In this document: piece by piece, positions 43,504-44,983 of the stretch | How the letters are laid out: each line of letters opens with the position of its first letter | Position numbering within the stretch: the first letter of the stretch is position 1 | NCBI GenBank assembly: GCA_964367445.1 | Contig: CAYIXS010000001.1 | Location: forward strand, 19,054-64,036 | DNA: 44,983 nucleotides | Reading direction: 5' to 3' | Source of the DNA: Candidatus Woesearchaeota archaeon | GTDB lineage: Archaea; Nanobdellota; Nanobdellia; SCGC-AAA011-G17; JACPIM01 | The notes under the pieces: model-generated | Database searches by the model: none | Seen by the model: only the letters and a program-made list of their open reading frames with translations | Told to the model about the DNA's origin: nothing | Translations under genes and position numbers: made by a program

Positions 43504-44934
43504 TTATTTCTTTTTGTTATTTTTAGTTTCATAGTCTGCATCAACTACATCTTCATCTTTTTTGTTTGTTGTTTGCTCTGCTGCTTTTTTATATAACTCT
43601 ATAGAAGCTTCTTGAACTATTTTATTTAGTTCTTCTATTTTTTGCTTTATTTTAGAGATATCTTTTTCTTGAATTACTTTTTTTAATTCTTCTGCATGTT
43701 TTTTAATTTCTTCTATTTTTTTGTTATCTACTTTATTTTCTAGTTCTTTCAATAGTTTTTCTGTTGTATAAACTAGATTATCTGCCTGATTAATTGTTTC
43801 TATTTCTTCTATTCTTTTTTTGTCTTGTTCTGCAAATTTTTCTGCTTCTTTTCTCATTTTTTCTACTTCTTCTTCACTTAATTTTGTTGGGGCTGTTATT
43901 CTAATTGATTGCTCTTTTTTTGTTCCTAGATCTTTAGCATTTACATTAACTATGCCGTTAGCATCAATGTCAAAAGTTACTTCTATTTGAGGTATTCCAC
44001 GCGGGGCCGGGGGAATTCCTATTAAATCAAATTGTCCAAGTAGTTTGTTATCTTCTGCCATTGCCCTTTCTCCTTGAAAGACTCTTATTGTTACTGCTGA
44101 TTGATTATCATCTGCTGTTGAGAATATTTTAGATTTTTTTGTTGGTATTGTTGTGTTTCTATCTATTAATTTTGTTAAAATACCACCAAGTGTTTCTATA
44201 CCTAGACTTAGAGGTGTAACATCTAATAGTAAAATATCTTTTACTTCTCCTGCCAGAACTCCTGCTTGTATTGCTGCTCCTTGAGCAACACACTCCATAG
44301 GATCGACACCGCGCTCTGCTTTTTTACCTACAAGATCTTCAACAAATTTTTGAACTATAGGCATCCTCGTTGGACCACCAACCAGGATTATTCTATCTAC
44401 TTCATTTTTACTTAGTTTTGCGTCTTTTAGTGCTTGTTCTACTGGATGTTTACATTTTTCGATTATTGGATCTATTAATCTTTCTAATAAAGATCTAGAA
44501 ATCTTCATAGTTAAATGTTTAGGGCCTTTATTTGTTGAACTAATGAAGGGGAGATTAATTTCTGTTTCTAATGTTGTTGATAGCTCTATTTTTGCTTTTT
44601 CTGATGCTTCTCTTATCCTCTGCAGTGCTGTTTCATCTTCATTTAAATCGATTCCAGTATCTTTTTTAAATTCCTTAATTACATAATTCATTAATATCTC
44701 ATCCATATCTGTTCCACCTAACTGAGTATCTCCTGAAGTAGATTTAACCTCGAAAACACCATCTCCGAATTCCATTATTGTAACATCTAAAGTTCCACCA
44801 CCAAAATCAAAAACTAGGATTTTTTGTTCCTTAGTAGATTTATCCAAACCATATGCTAAAGAAGCAGCAGTTGGCTCGTTAACCAATCTTATAACTTCTA
44901 AACCTGCAATTTGCCCTGCATCTTTTGTTGCCTG
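43504..44934 (-). CDS. dnaK: Chaperone DnaK, 5'-truncated by the contig end
   Basis: [14 protein letters not shown].., [30 protein letters not shown]. The tracked start MCSSDL is adapter-derived. Confidence 0.93.
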   Translation of the reverse strand, partial: QATKDAGQIAGLEVIRLVNEPTAASLAYGLDKSTKEQKILVFDFGGGTLDVTIMEFGDGVFEVKSTSGDTQLGGTDMDEILMNYVIKEFKKDTGIDLNEDETALQRIREASEKAKIELSTTLETEINLPFISSTNKGPKHLTMKISRSLLERLIDPIIEKCKHPVEQALKDAKLSKNEVDRIILVGGPTRMPIVQKFVEDLVGKKAERGVDPMECVAQGAAIQAGVLAGEVKDILLLDVTPLSLGIETLGGILTKLIDRNTTIPTKKSKIFSTADDNQSAVTIRVFQGERAMAEDNKLLGQFDLIGIPPAPRGIPQIEVTFDIDANGIVNVNAKDLGTKKEQSIRITAPTKLSEEEVEKMRKEAEKFAEQDKKRIEEIETINQADNLVYTTEKLLKELENKVDNKKIEEIKKHAEELKKVIQEKDISKIKQKIEELNKIVQEASIELYKKAAEQTTNKKDEDVVDADYETKNNKKK

Positions 44935-44935
44935 T

Positions 44936-44983
44936 AGATCGGAAGAGCACACGTCTGAACTACAGTCACGGCTACATCTCGTA
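44936..44983 (+). other. Illumina TruSeq indexed adapter (assembly/trim artefact)
   Basis: agatcggaagagcacacgtctgaactAcagtcac-ggctac-atctcgta matches AGATCGGAAGAGCACACGTCTGAACTCCAGTCAC plus a 6-nt index (GGCTAC) plus ATCTCGTA with one mismatch. Confidence 0.95.

Noticed and set aside
44935-44952. ATG start of the DnaK ORF given by the track (MCSSDLQ...).
   Set aside because: These codons are the reverse complement of the Illumina adapter. DnaK is N-terminally truncated at the contig end.

Overview
AT-rich (roughly 30% G+C by eye) archaeal contig fragment. It probably comes from a small-genome DPANN-type archaeon. This is inferred from archaea/eukaryote-specific r-proteins (L19e, L32e, S4e, L34e, L14e), SUI1 and an RNase P protein inside the r-protein operon, heavy gene overlap, missing adk/cmk, and multi-intron tRNAs.

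Layout:
- 3-1139: 5'-partial surface glycoprotein-like gene.
- 1.1-2.7 kb: an AAA_14/DUF4143 ATPase cassette bracketed by 63-nt direct repeats that duplicate the 3' end of prefoldin alpha.
- 3.0-17.3 kb (minus strand): the canonical archaeal rpl3 to secY super-operon, followed by a DUF106 insertase and an in-frame L34e-L14e fusion.
- 17.4-24.4 kb: an accessory-looking stretch with a hypothetical gene carrying a GC-rich, adenine-poor 3' end, Zn-ribbon proteins, a metallophosphoesterase, a free-standing LAGLIDADG endonuclease, three intron-containing tRNA genes (Gln-CUG, Glu-CUC, Gly-CCC), membrane/secreted proteins, DinB and cyclophilin.
- 24.5-44.9 kb: housekeeping genes (split MetRS, LMW-PTP, RFC small and large subunits, HtpX/LemA, FEN-1, PolB, MAP2, DnaJ/DnaK) interleaved with a HerA-like ATPase, two toxin-antitoxin pairs, a PD-(D/E)XK nuclease, a short Cdc6-like AAA+ protein, and a second hypothetical gene of the GC-rich-3'-end type.

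No rRNA, CRISPR array, integrase, transposase or reverse transcriptase was seen.

Main leads:
1. Two otherwise dissimilar ORFs (17449-18201 and 40710-41471) share a conserved promoter block, a conserved ~65-nt 3' module with a GGCGCC-N3-GGCGC palindrome, and a ~115-120-nt adenine-depleted, NNC-codon-rich C-terminal segment. This resembles DGR variable regions, but no RT or template repeat is in view.
2. A 25-nt hairpin-containing sequence in the tRNA-Gly intron recurs, with one mismatch, in the only sizeable spacer of the r-protein operon. There its transcript is antisense to the intron and sits directly 5' of the rpl4 start.
3. The right contig end (44936-44983) is Illumina TruSeq adapter.
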